A DNA stretch of 64,000 nt from Thermodesulfobacteriota bacterium (GTDB taxonomy: Bacteria; Desulfobacterota_D; UBA1144; Nemesobacterales; UBA2774). Made by a program: the position numbers and the translations under genes. The stretch is from the NCBI GenBank assembly GCA_965223335.1, contig OZ244991.1, positions 960,001 to 1,024,000 on the forward strand. The letters are read 5' to 3'. Positions 52,324-62,495 of the stretch are shown here, piece after piece. Position 1 is the first letter of the stretch, and each line of letters opens with the position of its first letter. The notes beneath the pieces were generated by a model that was not told where the DNA came from, ran no database searches, and saw only the letters and a program-made list of their open reading frames with translations.

Positions 52324-52499
52324 CTCTCTCGTACTTTGAAAATTCAGAACTGGTTGTCGTGGCGCTAATACTGTTTTTATTTGCGTACGGCGGTTTTGTT
52401 CTGATGTATATCAGGAAATCCAATTCCGAGGTTCTCGAACAAATGAGCGAGATGCCTTTGGAACAAGAGCATAAGCAAGTAATGGAGGAAACGAAATGA
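52311..52499 (+). CDS. ccoQ: cbb3 oxidase subunit CcoQ (62 aa, apparent ATC start; absent from the ORF track)
   Basis: (M)KQLALSYFENSELVVVALILFLFAYGGFVLMYIRK..MSEMPLE; GGAGGT RBS; stop overlaps the ccoP ATG. Confidence 0.75.
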
Positions 52500-53062
52500 C
52501 TGAAAAGGATAAATTGATCGAAGGGCACAATTATGACGGCATCCAGGAGCTTAACAACCCATTGCCCGGATGGTGGCTCATGACGTTTTATCTGACCATT
52601 ATCTTCTCTGTTATCTATTTTGGCTATTATCAGATATTCGGCGGGCCGACCTCAGAGGAAGAGTTGGCGTCGGCTCTAAGTTCGATACAGGGCGAGAGAG
52701 AGATAGCCGCTGAGGAAAGGGGCGAGAAAACAGAACAGGACTTTGTGGCCATGGCCGAAGACAGTGCTGCTATAGAGAGTGGTATGACCGAGTATGTGGC
52801 AAAGTGTGCAGTTTGCCACGGTGACAAGGGGCAGGGGTTAATCGGCCCCAACCTGACCGACGAATACTGGATATCCGCCGACGGTTCGGTAACCTCTATT
52901 ATTACTACTATAAACACGGGTGTTGTCGACAAGGGTATGCCCCCGTGGAAGGGTCAGATCGCTCCCGAGCTTATAGAGAATATTGCTGTGTACGTTTATA
53001 CTTTGCAGGGCACTGAACCCGAGGGTGCAAAACCCCCTCAGGGAGAAAAGATAACTAAGTAA
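52496..53062 (+). CDS. ccoP: cbb3 oxidase subunit III, short mono-heme form
   Basis: HNYDGIQELNNPLPGWW, single CAVCH, GPNLTD..W, GMPPW. Confidence 0.9.
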   Translation: MTEKDKLIEGHNYDGIQELNNPLPGWWLMTFYLTIIFSVIYFGYYQIFGGPTSEEELASALSSIQGEREIAAEERGEKTEQDFVAMAEDSAAIESGMTEYVAKCAVCHGDKGQGLIGPNLTDEYWISADGSVTSIITTINTGVVDKGMPPWKGQIAPELIENIAVYVYTLQGTEPEGAKPPQGEKITK

Positions 53063-54492
53063 TGAAGGTACTGGATCAAAGACATCTTCCAGAGAAGCGC
53101 CCTGCAACCATGGATGAGACAGGGAAGAGGGTTTATATCTTCCCGGCACAGGTCAAGGGATTTTTCCGCCGCTACCGGACCATATTACAGGTAGCGTTGG
53201 TGCTTTTCTTTTTGATCCTACCCTGGATCAAGATCGCCGGGCACCAGGCGCTTTTGCTTGATATAGCTCAAAGAAGGTTCTCCATATTCGGGCTCACATT
53301 TTGGGCCCACGACGGCCCGCTCATCTTTTTTCTCCTGGCTGTGCTTTGCTTGGGCCTAGCTTTTATTACCGCTATTTGGGGCAGGGTATGGTGCGGGTGG
53401 GGCTGCCCGCAAACGGTTTTTATCGACGGAGTGTTCAGACGCATCGAGTACTGGATACTTGGCAGTCATATAAAACAGATGAACATGGCCAGGTCGCCCT
53501 GGTCCGGTTCCAAGCTTCTTAAATACGGTGCGGTATGGACGCTATTTACAGTTGTAAGTCTTATAATCGCGCATAGCTTCCTTGCGTACTTTGTCGGTGC
53601 CGAGCGGCTTGTGGACATGACTCAAAACAACCCCCGCGAGAACTGGACTATCTTTCTCATCATGGCTTTTGTTACTGCAGTTGTGCTTTTTGATTTCGGT
53701 TGGTTCCGCGAACAGTTCTGCATCATCGTCTGTCCCTACGGCAGGTTCCAGTCAGTGCTCATGGACGACGATTCAATGACCGTTACCTACGACTACAACC
53801 GGGGCGAGCCCCGCAGGGGTGAGGCAAAGGAGGGCGAGCCGGAGGGCGACTGTATTAATTGTTTCAGATGTATCACTGTGTGTCCCACGGGCATCGATAT
53901 CCGCCAGGGGATGCAGATGGAGTGTGTGGGTTGTACTGCGTGTATCGATGTGTGTGACGAGGTTATGGACAATGTAGATAAACCCAAGGGCCTTATAAGG
54001 TATGCAACGGGCAAGAGCTTAAAAGGGCTTACAAGCAGTTGGTTCAGGCCAAGGGTTGCACTTTACAGCCTACTTTTCCTTGTTTCTATATCCGCTCTGG
54101 TATACACGGTATCAAACAGAGACGAGATAGTTGTTACGGTGCTAAGAGCAAGGGACAATCCCTATCAGGTGGTAGGAGCAACTGAGGGCACGGAAGAACA
54201 GGTAATAAACCATTTTAAGATCCACCTCAAGAACCAGACTTTCGAGGATATGGATCTTATGATTAAGCTTCCGGAAAATTGGTTAAAAGAAAACGTAGAA
54301 CTTGTTTCACAGTCAAACACCCTCAACATTAAGGCTGGAGAGAACGCAGTAGTGCATCTATTTGTAAAATTCCCAAAAGCTGTTCTCTCCACTAGCGGCA
54401 GCGCCACGATTACATTGGATGTGGTAAATACGGCTGATAATAAGATCGAGGTAAACAAGGAGATGAAACTTGTCGGTCCTAAGTCAGTTTGA
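53062..54492 (+). CDS. ccoG: cbb3 oxidase accessory 4Fe-4S protein
   Basis: GRVWCGWGCPQTVF, CPYGRFQ, CINCFRCITVCP, CVGCTACIDVC. Confidence 0.95.
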   Translation: MKVLDQRHLPEKRPATMDETGKRVYIFPAQVKGFFRRYRTILQVALVLFFLILPWIKIAGHQALLLDIAQRRFSIFGLTFWAHDGPLIFFLLAVLCLGLAFITAIWGRVWCGWGCPQTVFIDGVFRRIEYWILGSHIKQMNMARSPWSGSKLLKYGAVWTLFTVVSLIIAHSFLAYFVGAERLVDMTQNNPRENWTIFLIMAFVTAVVLFDFGWFREQFCIIVCPYGRFQSVLMDDDSMTVTYDYNRGEPRRGEAKEGEPEGDCINCFRCITVCPTGIDIRQGMQMECVGCTACIDVCDEVMDNVDKPKGLIRYATGKSLKGLTSSWFRPRVALYSLLFLVSISALVYTVSNRDEIVVTVLRARDNPYQVVGATEGTEEQVINHFKIHLKNQTFEDMDLMIKLPENWLKENVELVSQSNTLNIKAGENAVVHLFVKFPKAVLSTSGSATITLDVVNTADNKIEVNKEMKLVGPKSV

Positions 54493-55195
54493 GCATATAG
54501 TGGCCGGGTGGTCATTGCTATCGATCCCACTTGCGGTACTTGTAGCAAGTCTTTTGGGCAGTTCCCACTGCATATCGATGTGTAGCCCGATTGCTGCTAC
54601 ACTGCATGGTACCAGGGGGTATCTGAGCGTATATCATTTCGGCAGGCTGCTCTCTTACATTGTTTTGGGTGTGCTTGCAGGCCTAGTAGGTGAAGCCGTC
54701 CTCTCAAACAACCTGCCTTTGGTCTCCAAGATCTCTGCCGTGCTTATCTCAGTGTTTTTCATATTCACCGGTTATAGAATTATCAAAAAAAAGACACTCG
54801 ATATTCTCCCTTCAAAGACCATGACCTCCATACTGCTCTATCCCGCAAAATGGTCTCTCACACAGAACAGAGCCACCAGGTCGTTTGTAATAGGTGTGGT
54901 GAACGGGTTTTTGCCATGCGGGTGGCTATATATATTTGTAATAGGTTCCGTTGCCTCTAAAGACCCTTTTTACAGTGCGTTTATACTGTTTATTTTCTGG
55001 TTAGGAACTCTCCCTGCACTCACAGCATTCCCGATGTTGTATAAAAAGGTGTTTCAAAACGCACCCAGAAAATTGAGTGTAGCTGCAGGCATAGTGCTAA
55101 TACTCGCAGGACTGCTTACAATTACATACCACACTCTTCCGCACGGCTCGCATGGCAATGGCCATAGCCATATGCACATGAGCACTCACGAGTAG
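54470..55195 (+). CDS. DsbD_2/TauE-like membrane protein associated with cbb3, His-rich tail; start uncertain
   Basis: SSHCISMC, YHFGR..Y, GFLPCGWLY, FWLGTLP; C-terminal HGSHGNGHSHMH. Confidence 0.82.
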   Translation: MSVLSQFEHIVAGWSLLSIPLAVLVASLLGSSHCISMCSPIAATLHGTRGYLSVYHFGRLLSYIVLGVLAGLVGEAVLSNNLPLVSKISAVLISVFFIFTGYRIIKKKTLDILPSKTMTSILLYPAKWSLTQNRATRSFVIGVVNGFLPCGWLYIFVIGSVASKDPFYSAFILFIFWLGTLPALTAFPMLYKKVFQNAPRKLSVAAGIVLILAGLLTITYHTLPHGSHGNGHSHMHMSTHE

Positions 55196-55240
55196 GTTCT
55201 TCAAAACTATTTAAGTGATTTAAACACCGGGTAGAGGGCT

Positions 55241-56602
55241 CTATACTCCCTTTATCTCAAACTGTTTCAGTTTTCTATAGAGTGTGTCCCTCGAGATTCC
55301 GAGAATCTGTGCGGCTTTGGACTTATTACCGTTCGATTCCCTAAGCGCCTGTTCGAGAGCAAACTTCTCGATCTGCCCCAAAGACATCATCTGGTGGTCT
55401 GCGGTCTTAGTGTGCTGCCACAGCATATGCGATTTCAGGTCTTTTTCCGTAAGCTCTGTTTTATCTGCGGGGGCAACCGCAATGGTGCTCTCAATCAGGT
55501 TTTCCAGTTCCCTTATGTTTCCGGGGAAGTGGTAGTTCTGCAGGGCACTTAGCGCACTGTCTGATATGGAACTGATTTTGGTAGAGTACTTGGTGTTAAA
55601 ATTCTTTATAAAATGCTCTACCAACTGTGGGATGTCGCTACGTCTTTCCCTAAGCGGGGGAAGTTCGATTACTATCACGGCTAGTCTAAAGAACAGGTCT
55701 TCGCGCAGGAAACTCTTTTTGAGCTCTTCTATTGAGCGGTTGCTCGCGGTAATTACTCGTATATCCACATGTCGTTCAGTGGTGTGACCAATGGGTCTTA
55801 CTTTATACTCTTCGAGAACACGGAGCAGGCGTACCTGGAGCTCTTTAGGCATCTCTCCTATCTCGTCCAAAAAGATAGTTCCCTTATCCGCCACTAGGAA
55901 TAGGCCGTCATGATCCCTTATTGCGCCAGTAAATGCACCCTTACGGTATCCGAACAGTTCCGATTCTAAAAGCTCTTTAGGTATGGCACCGCAGTTTACG
56001 GGCACAAATGGTTTTCTCGACCTCTCGCTTTGAAGGTGTATGGCTTTTGATAGCAGTTCCTTTCCGGTCCCAGTCTCCCCTACAATGAACACAGGGGCGT
56101 TACTTCTCGAAGCGGCCTTGGCTTTTTCAAAGACCGACTTCATGTTGATTGAGCTGCTTATGATGTTTTCAAAGCCGTATTTGTCCGAGAGCAACTGCTC
56201 TAGGTTACCCACACGGTTTTCCAGATCATGCGATCTTTTGAGCACCTTAAGCTTGTTTAGCAACACGTCCTTATCAAACGGTTTTGTTATGAAATCGCTA
56301 GCCCCTAGTTTTATTGCCTCCACAGCGGTCTGCACTGTACCCTGCCCGGTGACAATAATCACATTTAGTTCAGGCAGTATGGCTTTTAGTTTTTCCAGCA
56401 GGTCAAACCCGTCCATAAGCGGCATAAACAGGTCTATGAGTGCCAGATCTATATCGCTCTCGACCTCGACCATCTCTATGGCTTCTGAGCCCGAGTACGC
56501 TGTAATAGCTTCGTACCCGCTTCGTTCTAAGAGCTCCTTAACCGCTTCTACAAATTCTTGATCGTCGTCAACCACAAGCACTCTTAATTTATTCTCGGTC
56601 AA
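55241..56602 (-). CDS. Sigma54-dependent NtrC-family response regulator
   Basis: REC domain, GETGTGKE, ESELFG..GAFTGA, FLDEIGE, Fis HTH GISRDTLYRK. Confidence 0.95.
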   Translation of the reverse strand: MTENKLRVLVVDDDQEFVEAVKELLERSGYEAITAYSGSEAIEMVEVESDIDLALIDLFMPLMDGFDLLEKLKAILPELNVIIVTGQGTVQTAVEAIKLGASDFITKPFDKDVLLNKLKVLKRSHDLENRVGNLEQLLSDKYGFENIISSSINMKSVFEKAKAASRSNAPVFIVGETGTGKELLSKAIHLQSERSRKPFVPVNCGAIPKELLESELFGYRKGAFTGAIRDHDGLFLVADKGTIFLDEIGEMPKELQVRLLRVLEEYKVRPIGHTTERHVDIRVITASNRSIEELKKSFLREDLFFRLAVIVIELPPLRERRSDIPQLVEHFIKNFNTKYSTKISSISDSALSALQNYHFPGNIRELENLIESTIAVAPADKTELTEKDLKSHMLWQHTKTADHQMMSLGQIEKFALEQALRESNGNKSKAAQILGISRDTLYRKLKQFEIKGV

Positions 56603-58116
56603 TTTTTCTCTCCATCTAAGGTAGGCAGAACGATTATAACCGTGGTCCCCTTGCCCTCTTTGCTCTCAAGACGTATTTGACCCCCGTGTTCATGTATGAT
56701 TCGTTTTGCTACCGAGAGTCCAAGACCTGTACCCTTCCCCGATGATTTAGTTGTAAAAAAGGGTTCAAACACAAAGGGTATTATATCCTCGGCTATGCCT
56801 GTTCCGGTGTCTTCGATACGAATTTCAACTGTGTCGCGATCAGCACTCAAAGCGGATTGCACGGTTATAGTGCCTCCATCGGGCATTGCATCTATCGCGT
56901 TCATGATTGTATCTGAGAGCATGAGGTGAAACAGGTTGGTATCGGCCGATACTCTTACACCTTCTTTAAAATCCGTGATTAAATCTATGCCCTTTTTATC
57001 CAAGATCGGTTTAATAATATCTATGGATTCATCCAGCAGTACCGATAGAATGTGGGGCATCTGTTCATTAACGGGCTTACTCACAAATTTTAAGAGTCTC
57101 TGAATCACTCTTTGACCGTAAAGGATTTGATTCTCAATTGAGTTTAGTTTTTGTATGAATTGACTGGCTTCCGGAATATTAACCAGGTCTTCTTCTAACA
57201 TCTGTACCCTAAGCAGCATGGACGCAAGCGGTGTGCCCATATGATGAGCAAAGCCCTCCGCCATCTTGCCTATAACCTGAGACTTCTCCAGCTCTATGAA
57301 TTTGTTTCGTGTCTCGATTCGCTCCTGTATGTTTCTGTTTGTCTCGATGAATTTCCCAGAGGGGCTCTCCACGTAATTCAAACTAAGACTAATAGGTATG
57401 CGTCGGCCGTCCAAGCCCTGTTTCTCCGTCTCAAAATCTGTGACTTTGCTGCCTTCCTTTACCTTTTGTAATTGCTCGCCATATATCTCTTTATTCTCAC
57501 TGGGGATTATATCCCATATGCTTGTTAGTTCCTCGTCCCCGGCACTACAGTACAGGTTTTCTGCCTCTCTATTCAAAGTTTCTATAACACCTTCGTCATC
57601 AAACACTAAAATAGCATCCGTAGTGTTATCCATAATCTCCTTTACCCTTTTACTGCTCTCTTCGAGTAGCTTCTCTGTATCTTTTCTTAAGGTGATATCG
57701 ATTATACTGCTTATAAACAGTGTGCTCTGATCTGAAACAATCGGGTTTAATCCTATCTCTACAGGAAATTCCGTCCCGTCTTTTCTCACAGCATACAGAT
57801 CTCTCCCCTTGCCCATCTCTTTGGTTAGAGGATTTTTCTTATATGCCTTTCTTTTTTGAATGTGGCCTTTTCTTAACCCTGTGGGAACTAAGATCTCAAT
57901 GGAATTGCCCAATAGTTCGTTAATTTTATAACCGAATATCTTTTCCGAGTACTCGTTGGCAAACACAATTGTTCCATTTTCGTTTATGATTACAATTGCG
58001 GTTGGGATCCCGTGGAGTATAAGGTTCAGATGCTCGAATTTAATCGGTTGATCTGGGCTGTCTGGATTCAATTTGGTAATCTCTTCCTCACCAATATTTT
58101 TGTTTTCTACCCGCAT
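56599..58116 (-). CDS. Cytoplasmic PAS-PAS histidine kinase; first PAS is FixL-like
   Basis: ILVP..RKGH..MGKGRDLYAVRKDGTEFPVEI; FAHHMGTPL H-box; PFFTTK..GTGLGL; overlaps the regulator start. Confidence 0.88.
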   Translation of the reverse strand: MRVENKNIGEEEITKLNPDSPDQPIKFEHLNLILHGIPTAIVIINENGTIVFANEYSEKIFGYKINELLGNSIEILVPTGLRKGHIQKRKAYKKNPLTKEMGKGRDLYAVRKDGTEFPVEIGLNPIVSDQSTLFISSIIDITLRKDTEKLLEESSKRVKEIMDNTTDAILVFDDEGVIETLNREAENLYCSAGDEELTSIWDIIPSENKEIYGEQLQKVKEGSKVTDFETEKQGLDGRRIPISLSLNYVESPSGKFIETNRNIQERIETRNKFIELEKSQVIGKMAEGFAHHMGTPLASMLLRVQMLEEDLVNIPEASQFIQKLNSIENQILYGQRVIQRLLKFVSKPVNEQMPHILSVLLDESIDIIKPILDKKGIDLITDFKEGVRVSADTNLFHLMLSDTIMNAIDAMPDGGTITVQSALSADRDTVEIRIEDTGTGIAEDIIPFVFEPFFTTKSSGKGTGLGLSVAKRIIHEHGGQIRLESKEGKGTTVIIVLPTLDGEKN

Positions 58117-58194
58117 TACATCTATTCCAAATCGATTGCTATACGTCTAGATTCCAATGAGCTTATCACCTTAATCATACACTCACAACAATGC

Positions 58195-58791
58195 TCAATG
58201 CGAAGGTATTTCCGTTTTATTCATTGATGAATAGACTTCAAATCTCCTGCTCCAGTTTTCAAGATTAAACGATGCGATATTGATCTGCTGTTTTTCCTCT
58301 GTGTCTTCGTCTACTATATAACTCGATAACAGGGTCTCGGGTTTAAAACCGTAATGGTTTAGAATCTTTGTTAAACTTCCACTCTCCGGGCGGTATTTAA
58401 TGATGATCTTGTGGAAGTTTGTCTTAAACCCTTCGTATAATAGTATGTTGAATATTTGGCCGCCTAGACCTTTGTTTCTGTAATCGGGACGTACCAGTAA
58501 CTTCATTTCAACGGCACGCGAGTGGTATGGTCCTTCGGTGTGTAATGTGCCTTTCCCTACGATCTCCCCATCGGCTTCTACGATTAACTGGAATATTTTT
58601 TTATATGTCTCGTCTGTGAACCACGATTCCAAAGCAGAGATGTTAGTTACATCATTCCTATATATAAACATGTCTTCTTTGGGGATCTTTGAAAAAAAAT
58701 CGGTCAACGACTCTAAATCCCCGGGAGCCATAGGACGGGCAAACACAATCGATGAGTCGTTTAATACGAGTTTTTTGGGATATTCTTCCAC
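58195..58791 (-). CDS. GNAT-fold protein (start probably GTG 58791)
   Basis: VRPDYRNKGLG acetyl-CoA motif A; the ORF-track start at 58815 lies inside a sigma54 motif. Confidence 0.75.
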   Translation of the reverse strand: MEEYPKKLVLNDSSIVFARPMAPGDLESLTDFFSKIPKEDMFIYRNDVTNISALESWFTDETYKKIFQLIVEADGEIVGKGTLHTEGPYHSRAVEMKLLVRPDYRNKGLGGQIFNILLYEGFKTNFHKIIIKYRPESGSLTKILNHYGFKPETLLSSYIVDEDTEEKQQINIASFNLENWSRRFEVYSSMNKTEIPSH

Positions 58792-58804
58792 TATGCATAT
58801 CACT

Positions 58805-58819
58805 GCAACCATCATACCA
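58805..58819 (-). promoter_or_regulatory. Sigma54 (-24/-12) promoter of the GNAT-kinase-regulator operon
   Basis: Minus strand TGGTAT-GATGG-TTGC, GG-N10-GC. Confidence 0.6.
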
Positions 58820-58984
58820 ATAGTCTCAAATTTTGAGTGTGCTATAAACTGATTGAGCCGGTTAGAGCCTCAATTAATCCAATTTGCTACATATTATCAT
58901 GTATTAATTCAATGTTTATAGTTGGTTATGTGTCTGATTCAGCACCATGTTTCTCTTATCAATAGTCGGGGGCTAAATATTTTT

Positions 58985-59033
58985 ATCTGACAATAATCAA
59001 ATAATTTATTGTCTTATTATAAGACATCTGACA
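58985..59033. promoter_or_regulatory. Second 17-bp palindrome plus half-sites (candidate UAS)
   Basis: TGTCTTAT-T-ATAAGACA (59010-59026); ATCTGACA half-sites at 58985 and 59026. Confidence 0.62.
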
Positions 59034-59267
59034 CTTTTATAGACCGTCACCGGATTCATGTCCTTTTTATAATCCGATATTTGTATATACCCTTGATATT
59101 AATAGCAAAAAAGTTAGAATGAAAAAGTAAATAAATACTTATAATCATAAGCTATTTTCTTATGTGGTATTGGATATACAATTACTTAAGAGCCATAAAG
59201 CGCTCAGCTCTAATCAGGGTGTAATCTCTATTTACAATACCAATTATTAGATTTCTTGAGGGACAGT

Positions 59268-60161
59268 GTGAAATTTGCCGCAATTGATATAGGGTCAAAC
59301 GCTGTGAGGTTGTTGTTTACACAGGTTCTCGAGACCAAAAAGAAGACCGTGTTTAAGAAAGACTCTCTTTTCCGAGTCCCAATACGCCTTGGTGATGAAG
59401 CGTTTGTCCACGGAGAAATATCCAAAGATAAGGCGGATAGCCTCAAAAAAACTATGCTTGCGTTTAAATACCTCATAGAGGCTTATAAACCGGTGGATTA
59501 CATGGCATGTGCCACCGCTGCGATGAGGGAGTCAGTAAACGGAATGGAACTTGTGGAAAAAATTAGAGAAGACACCGGGCTCGATATAATGATAATTGAC
59601 GGAAAACGCGAAGCGGAAATCATCTACTCCAACCACATTGCGGATAATCTCGATAAAGCAAGGGATTATCTTTACATAGATGTGGGGGGTGGGAGCACGG
59701 AATTAACAGTAATATCTAAGACAAAGATCGCAAGCTCTCAATCGTTTAATCTCGGCACTGTACGCTTGCTTAAAGACAAAGCTAAGAAGTCGGAGTGGGG
59801 TAGAATGAAGGAGTGGCTTGAGAAAAATACCAAGGGTTTTAAATCGATGGATGGGATCGGGAGTGGGGGGAATATTAATAAAATTGTAAAGATGGCACAA
59901 GTAGTTGAGGGTGATCCGCTTGAGTACAAGGCTATCAGAAAAATATACAAGGATCTCAATTCCTACACACTCATGGAGCGGATAGGGGAGCTCGGTCTAA
60001 GGCCTGACAGGGCCGATGTCATTATCCCTGCTACAAAGATCTTCTTGAAAGTGCTCAAGTGGGCCGATATAGATAAAATATACGTGCCGCAAATCGGTCT
60101 AGCAGACGGGATTATCCATGTACTATACGAGAAACAGAAACTAAGAAAAACAGTCGCATAG
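59268..60161 (+). CDS. ppx: Exopolyphosphatase, short Ppx/GppA form (start placed at GTG 59268)
   Basis: IDIGSNAVRL, ATAAMRE, DVGGGSTE, GLRPDRADVI. Confidence 0.9.
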   Translation: MKFAAIDIGSNAVRLLFTQVLETKKKTVFKKDSLFRVPIRLGDEAFVHGEISKDKADSLKKTMLAFKYLIEAYKPVDYMACATAAMRESVNGMELVEKIREDTGLDIMIIDGKREAEIIYSNHIADNLDKARDYLYIDVGGGSTELTVISKTKIASSQSFNLGTVRLLKDKAKKSEWGRMKEWLEKNTKGFKSMDGIGSGGNINKIVKMAQVVEGDPLEYKAIRKIYKDLNSYTLMERIGELGLRPDRADVIIPATKIFLKVLKWADIDKIYVPQIGLADGIIHVLYEKQKLRKTVA

Positions 60162-60175
60162 TAAATAGGGGCTGT

Positions 60176-61726
60176 TTGAAACAGGGGTTGGGTTTGTTAC
60201 AAGCTAAGTACTTTCTCTTGCAAAAAGAGCCGGGTTCCCAAGGTTTCACCGAGCAGATTAATGCCTCTTTCCCCACAAAATCAGATCCAAAAGTTGTTTT
60301 CAATGAAAACTATTTCGATACATTTGACTGGCGTCTACACAACTCTAATCATTACTTAACCAAAAACAATAACAAGTATGCTCTTTATAAAACCGGATTT
60401 AGCCAGCCTGTCTGTGTCGAGACAATAAGGGGCAGGGCCAGGTTTAAATTCTGGTGGGATTTACCCGAGGGAGCACTAAAAAAACTACTGAAGCCGATAT
60501 TAGGTGTTAGGTCACTTATTAGCTTCTTGTCTTTAGAGGGCTTAACAAAAACTTTACACGTTCTTAACAATGATCGTAAGACTGTAGTTAGAGTTAAGGT
60601 GCACGATTTTAATACAGTTGCACCGAATTCCGACAAAGCAGACATAACAATTATAGAACTCGATCCCGTTAGGGGATACAAAAAAGAATTTACACGACTA
60701 AGCGAGTTTCTTACCGCTATGGGATTGCAGGCGACAAATAAAAAGCCGTATGAGATAGTCTGCCGGGAGCTAGATGTGTTACCGGGCTCTTACAGCTCTA
60801 AAATCACTGCTAAGCTCGATCCCCACACAAGTGCGAGTGTAGGATCGAAAAGGATTTTATCGGGTTTGTTAGATACAATGCAGCAAAACGAGTATGGGAT
60901 CACAAAAGACTTGGATACCGAGTTTCTCCATGATTTCAGGGTCTCTGTCCGCCGCACCAGGTCATTGCTAAGCCAGGTAAAGGGAGTGTTCCCACCCGAG
61001 GTTACCGACAGATTTAAAGAGGATTTTGCCTATTTAGGCAAGATGACCAACGAGCTTAGAGACCTCGATGTTTATCTGCTCAAAGAAAATGAGTACAAAG
61101 CGATGCTGCCCACAGACATTAGTTCCTTATTGGATCCTTTATTCGATCAACTGAAATCGAGACGTAAAGCCGTTCTCAAAAGCACAGTGAAATCATTGCA
61201 CTCAGAGAGGTACAAAAAGATTATCCATGCCTGGCAACAGTTTTTAGATGAGCCCTTTAGCTCCCCCCACGATGCCCCACATGCAAACAGCCCTATTATC
61301 GAGGTGGCTCGGGATCGGATATGGAAAAGGTTCCGAAACATAATGAAAGCCGGCAGTAAAATTACACTCAGATCACCCGACGAGGAGCTTCATCGGCTCC
61401 GCATAAACTGCAAAAAGCTTCGCTATCTTCTCGAGTTTTTTAGCTCTTTATTTCCCAACTCAGACATAGTTTACTTGATCAAACAACTAAAGAGACTCCA
61501 GGATAATTTAGGGGATTTCAACGACCTCTATATGCAGCAGACTCAGTTACGTAATTATATCGATCGTAGTGGTGTCGAGCAGGGCAAGACAATGATGGCT
61601 GTGGGGGGGCTGATATCGGCTCTTTATCAAAAGCAGCATAGGGTCCGCGCGGAATTTAGCGACCGGTTTGCGGAGTTTAGCAGTGCAAAGAACAAAGCTC
61701 TTTTCAAGAGACTGTTTGCGTGTTGA
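60176..61726 (+). CDS. CHAD-domain polyphosphate-binding protein with degenerate CYTH-like N-terminus
   Basis: YFDTFDWRL; LHDFRVSVRRTRS, RDLDV, LHRLRINCKKLRY, LQDNLGDFND. Confidence 0.9.
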   Translation: MKQGLGLLQAKYFLLQKEPGSQGFTEQINASFPTKSDPKVVFNENYFDTFDWRLHNSNHYLTKNNNKYALYKTGFSQPVCVETIRGRARFKFWWDLPEGALKKLLKPILGVRSLISFLSLEGLTKTLHVLNNDRKTVVRVKVHDFNTVAPNSDKADITIIELDPVRGYKKEFTRLSEFLTAMGLQATNKKPYEIVCRELDVLPGSYSSKITAKLDPHTSASVGSKRILSGLLDTMQQNEYGITKDLDTEFLHDFRVSVRRTRSLLSQVKGVFPPEVTDRFKEDFAYLGKMTNELRDLDVYLLKENEYKAMLPTDISSLLDPLFDQLKSRRKAVLKSTVKSLHSERYKKIIHAWQQFLDEPFSSPHDAPHANSPIIEVARDRIWKRFRNIMKAGSKITLRSPDEELHRLRINCKKLRYLLEFFSSLFPNSDIVYLIKQLKRLQDNLGDFNDLYMQQTQLRNYIDRSGVEQGKTMMAVGGLISALYQKQHRVRAEFSDRFAEFSSAKNKALFKRLFAC

Positions 61727-61745
61727 GATTTAAGGAGGGGGAGTT

Positions 61746-62492
61746 ATGGACAGTATAGCTCTTTACAGCATGAAAGGCGGGGTAGGTAAAACAGCTGCAG
61801 CAGTTAACTTGGCACATATAGCTGCGGGCGAGGGGCTACGTGTATTACTTTGTGACCTTGACCCTCAGGGTGCATCGTCTTACTACTACCGGATCAAAGC
61901 TTCTAAGAATTTCAACACCAATAAGTTTATAAAAGGCGGCAGACACATTGACCGCAATATTAAGGGCACGGATTACCCCAACCTAGACCTCCTGCCCTCA
62001 AAGCTCTCATACCGTAACCTTGACCTTGCGCTTGACGACCTAAAGAAATCCAAAAAGCGTTTAAAGGCCATATTCAGGGCTGTGCGTAATGAATACGACG
62101 TTCTGTTTATGGACTGTCCCCCCGGCATCTCACTTGTGTCCGAGAACGTTTTTAACGCTGCCAACGTCATTCTGGTACCGATTATACCGACTACTTTGTC
62201 TGTGCTCACATACGAGAAACTGCTCAGTTTCTTCAAAAAACACAATATTAAGCGCTCCAAGATCCATGCCTTTTTCTCGATGGTTGAAAAGAGAAAAAGT
62301 CTCCATCGCGAGGTCATAGAGGATATGTCCTCGGGTGTTTTAAACATGCTAAGCACGGAGATCCCCTACAGGTCCGATATAGAAAAGATGGGAATACACC
62401 GAGAACCTGTTGGGGCTTACGGGCCCAGTTCCGAATCCGCAAAGGCGTATAGCGATCTCTGGGATGAAATTAAGTGTATAATTGATAGGTAA
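61746..62492 (+). CDS. ParA/Soj family ATPase (no adjacent ParB)
   Basis: Deviant Walker A KGGVGKT, DLDPQG, MDCPP; AGGAGG RBS. Confidence 0.92.
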   Translation: MDSIALYSMKGGVGKTAAAVNLAHIAAGEGLRVLLCDLDPQGASSYYYRIKASKNFNTNKFIKGGRHIDRNIKGTDYPNLDLLPSKLSYRNLDLALDDLKKSKKRLKAIFRAVRNEYDVLFMDCPPGISLVSENVFNAANVILVPIIPTTLSVLTYEKLLSFFKKHNIKRSKIHAFFSMVEKRKSLHREVIEDMSSGVLNMLSTEIPYRSDIEKMGIHREPVGAYGPSSESAKAYSDLWDEIKCIIDR

Positions 62493-62495
62493 ATC

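Noticed and set aside
61746..62492. Chromosome-partitioning parA of the origin region
   Set aside because: No parB, mnmG or rsmG context; embedded among polyP genes about 26 kb from oriC.
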